A DNA stretch of 64,000 nucleotides, taken from the NCBI GenBank assembly GCA_028534125.1, contig CM052817.1, positions 62,002,001 through 62,066,000 of the forward strand. Reading direction: 5' to 3'. Below, one piece after another: positions 40,642 to 55,063 of the stretch. The notes beneath the pieces were generated by a model that ran no database searches, had not been told where the DNA came from, and saw only the letters and a list, made by a program, of their open reading frames with translations. The position numbers were made by a program, and so were the translations under genes. Numbering within the stretch: position 1 is the first letter of the stretch; each line of letters starts with the position of its first letter. The stretch comes from Lama glama. Taxonomy: Eukaryota.

Positions 40642-41112
40642 TGAGACAGGCTGGGGCCTGGGACCCTTTACTGCCATGCTTGCACCTGGACAAATGTCTC
40701 CTCGTGCAACAGAATACAAAGAAACTATAAAGGACTGAAAATAACTGCATGCATGCCTCAGTTGGGGCATGAACAAAAAGCCATAAAAAGGCCAAAAACC
40801 AGCTGCCACTTCTGAGGTATCAGGAGCAAAAGCAGGGTCCTGCACATGACCCCTGCACAGAGCGCCACCAAGGGAGGGGTGGGACAGACCACCTAAGCCA
40901 CCCCTCCTGCCCTGACCCACTGATCTGCCCCTACCCTCACCTCATTTAAGAAACCAGCCTGTCCTCCTTGGAGAGCAAGCAAGGGCACTTATTTCTTGTT
41001 TTTGCTCCCTCGTGCTGCAGCAGGAGCCCAGGAAAGCCTTGCCTGAATTCTTCTGGCTTCTTTTCAATTTCTACTGATTCATTAATGAGTCCAAGGACGC
41101 TGGTCGGTAACA
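40642..41112 (+). mobile_element. Solo ERV1-class LTR (471 bp)
   Basis: TGAGACAGG...GGTCGGTAACA termini with a perfect 4-bp TSD gctt on both sides. Confidence 0.88.
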
Positions 41113-41810
41113 GCTTCACTTGGAAAACCTAATCCTACTCTGTGGGCACATGAAGTTCCCAAAGTTTCCTCAGCATGTGACCATCATCACCATGGCCACT
41201 CACACCTCTGCACTGTCTGTGCACTCTCCCCAGAATGCATTTACCCTTTCCTGCTGAGAGAATTCCATTCATTCAGCAATGTTCACCTCAGAGGACACCT
41301 TCTTTCTGAAGCTTTTTGGTCTCTTCTAAGTAGTGTTGTCCTTTTATGTGCAGCCCTAGCACTCTTCTCAAACCATTTATCATATTGTACTGTAATAATT
41401 TATATACAGTTTGTGGATTCCTACCATAAATGCTCTTGGGAGCATGATTTTATATATATGCATATATTTTATACATTTAAAATAAGTATAATGTATATTT
41501 TATATATGTATATATGATATATACAATATGACATTTTGAATACATTCTGTATACACAGCATCAGCACAGTGCCCTAGCAGAGATGTTCAAAAATGTACTG
41601 ATTGTTTATCCAGTGAATATATGTTAAACATCTACTATGTGGCCTCACTATTCCTGGTACCTGGGATGCATCAATAAACCAAAGACAGTCTGTTCTCCAA
41701 GTGATTAAGAGAAAAGAAAAACAATATATAAACAAATAAATGTACTGGATTATTTCAGTGGTCCTAAGATCTAGGAAAAAAATAAATCAGCATTATGCAA
41801 TGCTTTAGAT

Positions 41811-42003
41811 CAGGAATCAGAAAACGTTTTCTGTAAAGGACTATGTATTTCATATTTTAGGCTTTGTGGGCCATATGGTCTCTAAACAAAAGCCATAGAC
41901 AATATGTAAACGCATGAGCACAGCTGTGTTCCAATAAAACTTTGTTTACAAAAACAAGTGATGGGACGCATTTGGCCTGTAGGCTACAGCTTGCTGACCC
42001 TTG
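41811..42003 (+). mobile_element. MER58A-like hAT DNA transposon
   Basis: caggaatcagaaaac...ttaggctttgtgggccatatggtc...gttccaataaaacttt...gctgacccttg, with 8-bp TSD ctttagat/ctttacat. Confidence 0.85.
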
Positions 42004-43281
42004 CTTTACATGGCTTCTCTGAAGAGGTGACTACACACTGCCACATGAAAACCTAAAAAAAGCCAATCCTGAGCCAGAATGTTCCAGGCACAGAGAAGAA
42101 CACTTGCAAAAGCTGTTTGAGAGCCAGAAATAAAGCCTTCATGGTGAAGTGTGGTGAAAGAATGAATATATGAACAGAGGCATGAATGAGTGAGGTTTAC
42201 CCATATGGAAAATAAAAACTATTATGATAAGAAATAAGGTTTTGAAAATAAGCATTCCCTCAACTGAGATAGGCTGCCACATTCAAAGAGAAGAAATGAA
42301 GACATGATTGTACAGGAAAAGACAAGTAAGAGCTACTCAAAATTAGTTCAGTCTATGAATACTGATGCACCAAACACCATTACAGGTGCTAGAAATTAGG
42401 CAAAATGTTTAATACTTATGACCTAAAGTTTCAGACAATCACAATATTGAATTTCATTTATTCTCAGCAATATATGTAGAGATTTCTAGAAGCAGAAATA
42501 CTGAGATGCCTTCTAAGTACTAGGAAGTACTGTTTATCACAAAACCAAGAGTAGTACTGTGACAAAAAGTGACCTGCAAACCTATAGTACATACCAATTA
42601 ATTTCACTTCAGAAAAATATTTTGAAAAAAGTTCTTGGACATCAAATATGTTTAAAAATCATTGAGATTTTTATTATTAATGGACTCGAAATAGAGCTTA
42701 ATTTCTTCTTTACATTCAAAAGTTCTCAAATTCTCATTATTTCATGAAGTGTGTGTAAATAATAACACACAACTCAAATAAACTTGAATACTCTACTTTT
42801 GGAAAATTGATGAGATGATGTAACACTTTTAAAGAACTTTTCCCAAAAATATCTTTATCTGGGTATTATATGATTAGCTCATGAAAATTGAGCAAATAAG
42901 GCTACACACAATTTATGTCATTTTAATGAACTAAATTTCAAAAACATACAGTCAATAAAACACTTTTTACTATAGGAAGAAAAGAATGGGCTTAGGAGTT
43001 GGCCAGACGTGGCTCTGTGTTTTGGCCCTCCCACTTGCTCAGTCTACAACCTGAGAAGGCTGTAAGCTCCTAGGATCACAGTCCTCACCTGTACAAATGT
43101 AAGGACCGTCCCTCCTGGGGTTGTAGGAGCATTTAACGAGATATGGAAGGGAAAGCAACTGGAATTAGAAAGCAGTCAATAAATTTAATTTAATTGCCTC
43201 TTCTCTAGATTTACCCCAAACAGAACTCCACTTGCATTAATGCATTTCACTTGTTGATGATTCAGTGCTCCTTAGTGTCTT

Positions 43282-43505
43282 TATTAAGAAGTACATACTT
43301 CTATATTCATGATGCTGATCAGGAAAAAAGAGAGAAGTCTTTTAATTTTCCACTACATTGGACTACTGGTGTTGGTTTATGAGATTTCATTCATATTAAG
43401 AAGCACATACCTCTATATTCATAATATCAGGAAAAAAATCTGGGAGAAATCTTTCAATTTTCCACTACATAGGACTACTGGTGTTGGTTTATGAGACCTC
43501 ATCAA
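43282..43505. repeat. 112-bp tandem duplication (2 diverged copies)
   Basis: tattaagaag(t/c)acatac(t/c)tctatattcat...aattttccactacat(t/a)ggactactggtgttggtttatgaga begins at both 43282 and 43394. Confidence 0.92.
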
Positions 43506-46090
43506 TAAAATTCTCCTGGTGAGGAAAATTTCCCCTTATTCACAGTCTCAATCCCTCGTAGTGTATGTACCAGAAGAGACGTCATAATTCTAGCCATCTT
43601 GTAAGAGGACTGGTGCCCAGCTCTTCAAGCAAGAGGATAAACTTTTTAGAAATCCTTCCAACAGCTAGGTCTCTCACTTTTATTGACTCCTTCAGCCTGG
43701 CACAGAGTTCTGAAAACCCTAACATGATTTTATTAATGAAGATGAGTGAGTCCCAACTTCTAAGGTTTAGGACTCGAGCATATTCACCCCATATTGTGTG
43801 TTCCCAGAAAAGGTATGTAAAACTGCCAACTCTTCTTGTGTGTGGTGTGATTTAGGGATCAACTTTTTTTTTTATGGCTCTTACATGCATGGTTTTATAG
43901 TCTTACTGTTACTGATAGTTTATAAAATTCAGAACTATTGGCTATATAAGTGCTGGCAGGGAGAGTTTTGCAGAAAAACATGGGGATCATTTTTCAATGC
44001 CCCAGGCTTTCAAAACCTCTTCTGAACAGCTCCTCCAGCATTCAACAAACCTCATGTTTCAAAAATTCTGTTATCTTTCCCCTAAATAATTTATTTTTAG
44101 CTTAAATTTAACTTTGACTTATAACATCAGCAAAAACAGAAAAGTGGGTTAACATTCCAAATGAAGTAAATAATCCCTATATTTAATCTTGACTTCCTAT
44201 ACTCAATTTTTCACCTTTACTTACTCTATTTCTGTCTTTATAATTAAACATTATAAAACTTAGGCTACCTAAGACAGATTCCAAAACTTCCAATGTTAAT
44301 ATAAAGTGGGGGACCCATTTACACAAGATAATTATTTTCCAAAATTTACTTATTTCCAGTACTTTTTTTCATGGCTTGCTACTAAAATTGTTTAAAACAT
44401 AGCTATGCTCATGTTTTACTATTAAAAAAATAAAAGACAAATATTTGGGGCAGAATGATGTAATAAAAATAAATCAACAGCATGTCCTCCTCATTGCCTC
44501 ATCCCTTCCAACCCTCTGGGCAAATGGAACATATCATACCCAGGATGATTCATGTACTAGGGGCTTTCTAGAAACGTCTGCCACCAGCATTAGCAACCAC
44601 AACTACTTGCAAATATATTAAATGACTGCTCTCAGTTGTTTCTTTGTTTTGTTTAAGTGTCACAGTAGGAAAAAAATTTATAACCTGAAATTTTATTCTT
44701 ATTTTCTGCTTATAAAAGAACACAGTGACAGTGTATTTGGAACCACAGTAATACAGACAATATGAAAACGATGATGTTTTACCTTCAGATGATAAAAGTA
44801 CATAGTTTAATATTATCAAACATTAGGAATGGAAGTCATATTTTCTAAAGTACACGTACTTTTAATTCTAAACTAAATAAAAACCTTCGTCTGAAAAGTG
44901 ATTAGGATACATTTTGACTGCCTTCTAGAAGGCTAATGTGTTCGTTTCATGACTGCCTTCTCCATAATGTCAGGATCAAGACAAGGGCAGAAGCATTACT
45001 TACACTGTGAAATAATTTGGCTACAACTCCATCCCTCTAAAACTCTGCCAAGTATGGACCACAAATGCCAATGAAACAACAGAAGCAAAATCAATTTTTT
45101 TCCATTAATCATAAAGCTCCAAAGCTGAGATACATGGAGAAGTGTAAGTAGAAATTGTAACAAATTGTAAATCCAATGGTGATTTACCTATGCTTACAAC
45201 ACCTTCTATATACTATAGGCTGAATTTTGTGATTTCTTTCAGTGTAACTTTATAATATCAATAAAACTGAGTTCTTTTTTGAATTTTAAATATTTAAAAA
45301 TTGTTTCTTTCTGTAGTTCAGGGTAAATGACATACCTGATTTTACTAAAAAAAATGTGATTTTTTTTTTTTAAAGGAAAGAGACCACAAATTCTCTGCAG
45401 AGGTCCTTTAGAGATAGCCAGACTTTGATCGCAAAATTGCTAACAAGAGGTGCTCAGAACCCCAAATAGCTATTGGCACCCTTTGCCCTTTTGATACATA
45501 AACTTGTTAACGATGTGATTAGTTAAGGAATTGTCTAATCATATATGTCAATAATAAAGAGCAAAGCACCTTTGTAGTTTTCTTTCCTATTCTACGCCCT
45601 TGTGAAGGACAGATGTGTTGTATCTAATTATTCTCTGATTGGTATCGGGAGAAACATTAACATAATTGGCACATTTGTTCTAATTAATAAAGAGAAACTG
45701 CCACATGCCACCCAACATGAAAAGTGAGTCCAGCAACCATTAGCTAGAAAAATTCACATTGATCAGAAAGATCATTCTGCCAAACTCAAACTGGGGCCCC
45801 TCAAGTCCGAACACAGGCTGAAAACGGCATAACAGAGTTGAAAACCTGTGCACACCTGAAAACTGACATTTCTAAAGAGAATGGAGATTCAGCCTAGGAT
45901 TGTTGCATGCAGATACATTAATCAAATAAATGGGAAAAACAATTATGGAGCAATTATCAAATGCATACTCAGCCAAGCCAAGTTTCTAGAAGGAGCATGA
46001 GCTAGAAGCTGGGAGTCAGCCACGTTTTACTGAGTTAGAAGTGACAAGTTTGAAGCTCTTCCTGTATTTGTTTTGACCTTGCCCTTTAGA

Positions 46091-46420
46091 CAAGTGGTTC
46101 TCAAACTTTGCTGCATTTGAGAATCACCTGGGGAGCTATTAAAAACCTACTAAAAATAGTGACAGCTAGGCTGCATATTATACCTATTAAATCAGTATCT
46201 TTAGAATGGGCTTTAAGCATCAATATTTGCTAATGATTCGTAGGTGATTCCAGTGTACATCCGAATTTGAGAACCAGTACTGCAGACTGGTTCTGACGAT
46301 CTTGCTAAAGCGCAGATTCTGATTAAGTGGCCTAGATGGGGCTTGAGAGCTGCCTTTCTAAGATGCTCCCAGGTCAAGTCAGTACAAATAATCTATACAT
46401 CACACCTTGAATAGTAAAGC
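46091..46420. mobile_element. MER5-like hAT elements
   Basis: gtggttctcaaact...agaatcacctggggagct...tttgagaacca forms terminal inverted repeats, followed by a second partial copy. Confidence 0.7.
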
Positions 46421-46891
46421 CTTGACAATTCTAGAAGATATCTATAGTTCATAAGCCTTCTATAGACTTTCACCAGGTAGGGTTTAAGCTCAATTGCTCC
46501 ATAGTTCGAAATCCCAGAATTATTCCGGTGCCTCACACTGGACGTATGACCAAGAAAGTCCTCATTACAAAATGCAAATGAATGTTATTTATCATTTAAA
46601 GTTGTGGGATAAACATATCCTAAAATTCAAAACGCAAAAGGCCATTTAAAAAAGAAAGTGTACAAAGAAACTCCCCCACCCCCCAGGGCCGGAGCTATCG
46701 CGGAGACACTGTTCTATCAAGAATCAAAGGCTACTTTGTTTATGCAGCTATTTGCTTCTCAGATTAGCAATAAGATACTCATTCAGTTCTGTGCTGACCA
46801 CTGACCAATATACTTTGTACCTTTCAGTAGGTTTGTGACCAGTATTTTATGCTGTAAGAAGAGTTAGTCTTCAAGTTTATCTTTAGGAAAT

Positions 46892-47512
46892 TGTAAGAAA
46901 AATAGCCAAAGGATTAAAAAACAACAAACAAACAAAGTGTAAATGAAACCGTGCCCCACAGTTAACAGAAGCTGATAACTAACAGAAATTCCCGAGCTTC
47001 TCTTACAGAACAGATAGGGAATACCTTGTCAAAACCCCTTTGCTTGTGGACTGCCTTCACTGATGATGTCCGTTTTGGTATTTTTCCTTCTTTTTTCCTT
47101 TCTTTAATTTCTTACCTACCCAGTTTCCATGCGGTCCAGTTGTTTCACGGGAAGTTGGAGTCAGCTCCCGCCCAGAGCAAGTGGCTAAAGCCGGCTAGAA
47201 CCCTCCTAAGTTTTAGGCGATGAGTGGCCTGCAGACTTGGGAGGACGCTGGGTGCCTCCCTTTTGATCTACAAACACTTTGCGCCTGTGCGGAACACCCG
47301 TCAGCACCCCTTTTCCCACCTCCCACGACCTTTCCCCAGGTTAAGCCCGCCCTGCATATCCCAGCCTCCAACGCGCGGGGAGGCGGGTCTAAGACTGGCT
47401 CTCCAGTCTTTTCACCTGGCTGCCGTGTAAATAAACTCTTCTCAGCTGTAAACCCCAGCGTCTCAGTGTTTGGCTAGCTTCAAGTCCCACAAATGGATCT
47501 GGTTTGGTAATA
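46892..47512 (+). mobile_element. Solo LTR, CpG-rich (~620 bp)
   Basis: TGTAAG...TTTGGTAATA termini, flanks gaaat/gaaac, AATAAA at about 47430 followed by a typical U5 (gtctcagtgtttggct). The 5' boundary is less certain. Confidence 0.72.
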
Positions 47513-50500
47513 GAAACTGGAGTGACATTTTGCTCAGCTGTAACTTCCGCAAAGGGAAGGAATTTGCTAAGAAAGGGGATTTCGTTTTCCTGCTGGGAAA
47601 ACAGTTTCTTAATTGCACACACGTCTGGCTCATTACTTTTGAGAGCTGAATGTATGCAGACCACATTGTAGAGGTGAACTTGTCTTGAAACCTGAAAACT
47701 GACATTTCTAAAGCCTTAAGTTCAACTATAAGGAGATAAAAGCATGTTAATAAATGAACTAATGGTGACAATCATGAAAAAAGTCCAAAGTAGAATGACT
47801 ATATCTAATAATATCTTCCAAGGGGGTAAAATAGCACTGAAATATCCTTAAAATGCTAAATTTTAGGCAAAAGGACTGTACATTGATTCGTGCAGAGATA
47901 GTTCCTAAAGTTCCTAGCCAGTCTTTACTATAAACTTGCCTTTCAAGTTAAGTAACTCTCAGCATTTCCTCTTATTTACCAGTTAAGAGTGTTGGATTCT
48001 CGCTATCTGACCACCTTTTGAAAATACTGACTTTCTGCTCTTTTTGCTAAGACTGCCATTTTCATCCACAATAAGTTTACAGTGATTGGCCTGTAGGCAT
48101 ATGGAGAATCATTGAAAGAAATTCCAAAGCAAAATAACTTTTCTAAGAAAAAAACTTTTTTTCAAGAAATAAGTGCGGCAGAAGTAAAAGACCCTCCTGC
48201 CTTGATTGTGGACACGAGCTAGGTCGCTGCCTGTTGCTGAAGCACCACTAAGAGACTGTATTTGAAAACAGCTGAAGTCGACTGACCACTGATTTTAGGT
48301 CCTCTAAAAAAAACTCACTCCAGTGCGTCTGTTGACCGTTAGCATGGAAGATTTCACTTTCTTCTGAAGGATCAAATATTTTCTAGAATTTATTCATTTA
48401 GTAAAATCAAATTTAAAAGCCATAATCCGAATTTTCTATTCCCACAGGAATTAAAATATATTCTTTATTTCTCTACCTTTCTCTGTCTCTTCTACTCCTA
48501 CTATAAGACCCACAAACAACCATCTAGTACTTGAGGAAAGGCAAGATCTCCTAAACGGCGTCCCATTCTTACATTTCTAAAGTCTATATTCCCTATAGCA
48601 GCAAGAATAGTCTTTGAAATAAATATAATCAGGTCATGACAATTCCTACTTAAAGTCTCCCATGACTTTGCATATATTCAGAAACAGTTCCAAATCCCTT
48701 ATCACTAACACGTGTTAGTCCCTAGGCTCATCCTACCCCCTCTGACTGAAGGGCTTCCTGCCCTCCCCATGGCTCACTGTGTCTCAAAGACACTGGCCTC
48801 CTTTTTAATCCGTAACCACATCAACTCCTTCTGAGAGTAATCTGCTCCCCTGCCTAGAGCTTCCTGACCCAGATCTTTTCAGGTCTGGCTTTTCCCTGTC
48901 ATTCAGATCCCAGCTCAAATGTTATCTCTTCAGATTGATTTTCCTTGTACTTTAAAGTGACTCTTGATCCTCCACAACCGTCAGCCTCCAGATATGACCT
49001 TGTCTTATTTCCTTTAATTTGCAATTATCTGACGATACCTTGCTCTTTTATTTATATTCTTGTTCAGTGTTTCGTTTTGTTTTGTTACCCTTTAGGGACT
49101 TTGACTGACATGTATTTCCTGCAGCTAGAAGAGTAGTCAGCACACAGTGAGTGGACAATAAATATTTCTTGAATAAATGAATTCGTAATTAAAAAATAAA
49201 ACTGCATTTTGTGGTATAGGCTCAAAGGAACCACTAGGTATGCACAGAAGTCAAGCCGCAAATCTATCATAAGTCAGAAAAGTTTTATTATTTCTTCCTG
49301 TGTTTTAAAAATTGATATTGTTTAATTTTATTATAATTTTTAATTCGGTTCACATGGTTAACTACACTTGTGGTGATCTCTATTAGAGGCATATATTGGC
49401 ATAAAAACATGGAGTGACGATAATAAAGAGGCAATGCTGGCAAATGTTGATTGGACCAATGCAAAGCTCGCAAGCTGACTACTAGTCAGGGAACCTAATA
49501 CATGTGCCAACCTGTTTGCAAAGGCTGATAATTATCTCATAAGCAAAACCCCTTCTTGTTGCTGCACACATGTGAGGAGAAAATTCCAACAGGTATCACT
49601 GGGCCCTGATATCAATGTCTCCCTCCAAATTAGTATTCAAACTCTTCTTTTCTCTCTAAACCTCTTTTGCCTGCAAAGAATATAAAGCACAGCTTGGGAG
49701 ACAATGCACCTGCCTGGAAATGCATCGACACGAAGTTCCAATTATGAGGGGATGGCAGCGAAACAGTCACGCCTCTCATGAAACAAAGTGTTCAGTGGCC
49801 ATATTAGTAATCAATTAGATGGAGAGCCACCTGATGCTGTACATTTGGCAAAGCCTCCAGCTGCCAGCAGCTTTTCCCCAGGCAGTATCAGCTTAAAAAA
49901 ATCTCTTTCCCGTTTAGCAAGACTAAATTCAACAAAAGAATCTATTCTTTTGCACTTCACCCCATATTTTCCCACTTGCTAATTAGAGATGCAAATGTTG
50001 ATAAATAAGACGATGGTTTTTAAGCACAACTGGGTCAATAAGTTGAACACTGTGCCCTGTTCCTCCAATTAAACTCCTATGAGAAATAGTTCAATTATAA
50101 TTAGAGGAGCAATTATCCCCATGTTTAAGGTGAAACAAATCACAGGTTTGTTTCAGTGAAAAATTCAGTTTTGCTCCTCTGCCCTGCCAACAAATCTTGT
50201 ATCCATAGATGTTTTGATCCCAGTACTCTCCAGAAGAGATAATCCGATGAAATAAAGCATCCCTGAGTATATTTCTGGCTCATCATATGACAGCAACATT
50301 TTCCAGGCATAAACTAAAATGAGCAAAGAGGGATTCATTTCCTAGAGTGCTGCTATTATGCCACTGGAGCAACCCAGCACCCGTTCATGGGCATATTAAT
50401 TTTCTGGCCTCTTTAGGGAGATGGGGAGGCTTCTGCTAAAAGGGAGGCAAATGTCTCTCCAGAAATAGAAGAAAAGCATTATATTTTTGACTTGATCCTA

Positions 50501-53500
50501 GCAAAAGAGTTATTAAAAATACTGAGCAGTACCATTTTAAAGTATTTCTGGGATTTGTTTTTCTTTCTTTCACCTAGTCTACTTTTAATTTTAATGTAAT
50601 TATTATTAACCTGCCCTTTCATCCTTCAACTAAAGTAACTTCCAATGGTCTTTTGTTCTGATCTGGTGGGTTAGAACCCTGCTGAATTCTAGATTCCCTC
50701 ACTCCACCCACCCTGAATTCTCTCAGTGTGCCTCTTCACAGGTGACGAACATCCATTTTCGGGGACGTTCCATTTCCTGAGGTGCAGTCTCTGTGTCACA
50801 TCCATCAGGGACTCTTTATTCCATTTAGTTAAATATTCTTAGAGAATATACTACGAAACCTACAGTCTACTCGTGTTAGAGATAAATATGAGCAAAAACC
50901 CCCTTTTGCTCCTTATTTCATCACAGTCTAGTTGGGCTGGCAGAGGAGTTTTTAACGGATACATTTCAAAACAGATAATAGTCAGAGCTATAAAAAATCA
51001 GGGCACCTAGGGGCTGGCATTCAGCCAATCATACTGGTTCTTCCATACTAGGTGTCAAATCCTGAAAGAGTTCTGTATCTGCTACTTAATAACTGAGTGC
51101 CCTTCCCCACCACACACTGGCTCCCCAGGGTCCCTGGACCACCCTGTGATTCAGCAGCTAAAGGGCTTTTATTTCATACAGCAGAAGGCCTTCAGACCCT
51201 GCCCCTGAGCTAAGGAAGCTGTGTGGGTGATAAATACTTTAAATAAAGAATAGAGAGATAAAGAAAGGGTCTGACAAGGAGGCCAAAGGAAGGAACAGCT
51301 GAGACTAGAGCTCTGAAACCCTCACGCTTCATCCCTGAGGCGCCCACAATACAGGTTTTCTTAACCAATGAGTTCTGAGAGGAGCTCTTAGTCAAAACTG
51401 TCACCACCTGGAGAGACGGAGTATAAGGCATCCTGAGGTGGCCTCTTCCTCCTCTGAGACTTTGTCACCCTCTCTCCTTTGGCTTGAAAAGGAGAACTAC
51501 CAACAGTAGCCCCAGCCCAAATTTCCTCTTTCGAAGAAAGTATCTCGGGTCCATGATGACTAAATAGACAACTTTAAAAATCAGAGTGAGGACAGCAGCC
51601 CACCAGGACTTGCTGCAGATATTCACATTAACAAGTCATTGATAAAGCAAATGTGTTATGTAAATAAGGGGTTTCCTTGTTTTAAAGCTCAAAGGTTATC
51701 TTCTTGTAGCATTCACGGACTCCAACCAAAGTGACTGCCTGGAAAACAGGAGGGCATCTTGGTGATGCTTCGCAGGACAGAAGCTTCATCTCTGTAAAGC
51801 CCACAGCACCCAACAGAGGTGCAATGTGCTCAGCGACTACGCCGAAGTCACAAGGTTGAATTCAGGCTTCTGTGAATCAACAGGTGATAATGTAATAATA
51901 GCACTAATAATGTTTCTTGAGTCCGTCTACGTGTTCTAAGTGATTTGCGTATATCGTCTCATTTAACCTTCAGCTACATGTTGGAGAGACACTATTATTG
52001 TCTTCATTTTGTAATTTAATTGAGGAAACTTAGGTACAGAGAATTGAAATACCTTGCCCAAAGTCAAGGAGTTAAAAATGGTGACACTTGGGTTTAAAGC
52101 TAGAGTTCTGTAAGGACTCTGTAAGGAAGTTTAATATTCTGCAGTGTAAATTAAAGCCAAAATAGGGGAGAATATTAAGTGTTATCACCTCAGAGAAGCC
52201 TATGCCATTATTTCACTGAAGGTGATGCCACTGTAATTTAGGATTAGTAGAGCTCTTTGGAAACATACTGACGTGTATGGGAAGGAAGAAAATTAATGCC
52301 TCCTGCTGTTCTGTAAAGAATATACTTGACTATTTCTTCAATGATGCTAGACATATAAAAGAAAGATAAAGTGAATCAATCAACCACGTATTCGTTGAGC
52401 ATTTCGTATCCGAGTTTTTCAGAATCATTGGCCTTGAATACAAAAGAAGCATAAATCCTTGCAAGCAGGCCTGATATCCTAAGGATTGATTTTATTTATG
52501 GTAAAACACTAGAGTTTTACCTGCTGGTTTCCCTTTAAGATCAATATTACATTTTATGCTATTTTTATGCTTTTAGATGCCTCAAGCCAATAAATGAAAA
52601 TTAAATAATGAATGCATGTCATTAAATTTACATAATCTTACAATCCTCTAACTCACCACATTACATTTCATCCCCTTCTTTTTAAATTTATCTGCCCCTC
52701 TTGAGCAAATGACAGTTGTAATGTGTCATGTTAAGGTATTCATTAGATTTCTGATCTTGGGGATTCTAAGAGTGTTGAAAATAACCTACACAGGAGTTTA
52801 TTAGTCTGCTCTCGAACATGTGTGTTTGATCTCTCTTCTGACTTCAAAAAAGAAAAAAAAAATTCGCATAAAATATAGTTCTTTGAATGTCAAATGGGTA
52901 TATGATTTTTGAGCTTGTCAAGTGTTAATTGGTCTCTTCCCCAGTGATGATACAAATAAAATTCACAGCCAATTAATTTGCAGGCATAAATCTTTACTCC
53001 TTGACAAAGTGAACCACTTTACTGAGGAGACCAAAAAAAAAAAAAGAAGAAGAAGAAGAAAAAGAAATTACTGGAATCTCCTCACTGCAAGTCTATGCAG
53101 GGATCAGCTATCTTTAAGAAACACCATGTGGAGTCAAAAATGAGGCTATGGATACCCGTGTTACTCAAGACATGTTCTGGTGTTTAAGGTAGTTTAGTGG
53201 AGAAGGTTTGCATTAGAATTTTAGAAAGACAATTAAGGGGACAGATGCACTTATTGTAATAAGTAAAATGAAATATTGACTAGAGAAGGGTTGCCTCCTT
53301 TTTAATCACAATAAATCATATTGTGCATCAGTGTTGGAAGGTAAGGTTTCAGTGTGGTTGGATAAAACAGCTATAATCATGCAAGGTCTCTGATATGATG
53401 CTAGAAAGTGCCATTTGATGCCAGGTACAAGCCAAAAAATAGTTCTTTTCTTTCAAAGTAAAAAAGGAAATTTCATTAAGAGTGCCACTTTGAGTCTTTG

Positions 53501-53583
53501 TATTGACACACTGGAGATATGAATGGCTGTGACAGAAAAATTGAGTTATTTTGTAAGGGCCCTACCTACACTTCTAATTAACA

Positions 53584-53639
<56 letters not shown>
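53584..53639. repeat. (TAT)n microsatellite, about 18 units
   Basis: Read directly from the sequence. Confidence 0.97.
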
Positions 53640-53641
<2 letters not shown>

Positions 53642-54868
53642 TTGGAAAGAGCAACCCAATGTTTAATTTTGTTATCATGGAACCAGCTAACTGTGTTGAC
53701 TCTCACTGCTGCCTGAACTTTCAAAAGACTGAAAAACTATGTAAATCTAATAGTAGGTGTGTTGATTAACTGTTATCATTTTTTTGGACAATGTTGTAAG
53801 TCCCAGTAATACTATTTTGCACTTTCATAGACAGGAAAAATTTAGGGCTTAATTTTACAAAAAAAAAATCAGCTGATCCATATAGAGGCCAAATTACAAT
53901 AAAAAAAATGCCTCTTTCCATATTTGCCATAAAGAGTAAAAATTCCAAAGAACTCAATGTAGCTTAGAGGTTAAAATGACCACCAGCAAATTGGCAGCTA
54001 TGTCACTTGTCAAACTGAAGTTTTTCTGCTTTTGTAGGATACTGGATCTTCTAGGGCAACAGTGTGTGATGCATATTAGAATGTCTCCTAATACTCACCA
54101 AAGGGTAACATTTTTCAGAGTTTGGAATTATTTAAAATGAAATGAAGGACACGGTATTTGATGATTTTCCTCAGCAGTGTGCTCTAAGGGGATGGTGTCT
54201 CAAGGAGAACTTGGGACTCCCTTGTGGTCACTCAGACCTATCCCCATGGACAGGCATTTTTAAAGGCATTGTATTGTTTGGTGCTAATAAAAAGTCATGG
54301 TATAAATCTGATTTATAATACTTCGCTAGTGATCAATAGGCTTTGTTTCAGCAAAAACAGAAACTAAAAATGAGGAGCTGATGGAAAGCTTACAGGGTGA
54401 AATGAACTGACATTTCTCAAACATGTTTTTGTTCATGGTGTGTGGATGTGCCTCTCAGGTATGTCCATGCTTACATCATAGAGCAAGAAATCCATATGTG
54501 GAGTGCACGGGTTCATGGATACACACACACACACACACACACATGCTTCCTAGATTGTTTGCATTGTATCAAGAACAATAATAAAATTGATAGCACATTA
54601 TTAAGTCATACCATTTTTCTCTATGATTAGTGCCAGATAAAATAAAGCTGTGTTTCTGATTTCTTGAAAGAGAATGACAAAATTAAACCAAGCCGCCTGT
54701 GGCTTTGTCCAGTGGGGCATTCTAATTGACTCCAAGTCATTAATCAGTTTCCAATCAATCTATTTTGCCAGTAGCAAGCAGTTAGGACTCCATTACCAAC
54801 CATTCATCATGCCATCCCCTAATTCACTGCACCATTAGCCATGGATTAGGCCTCTATTAGAATAACTA

Positions 54869-55063
<195 letters not shown>

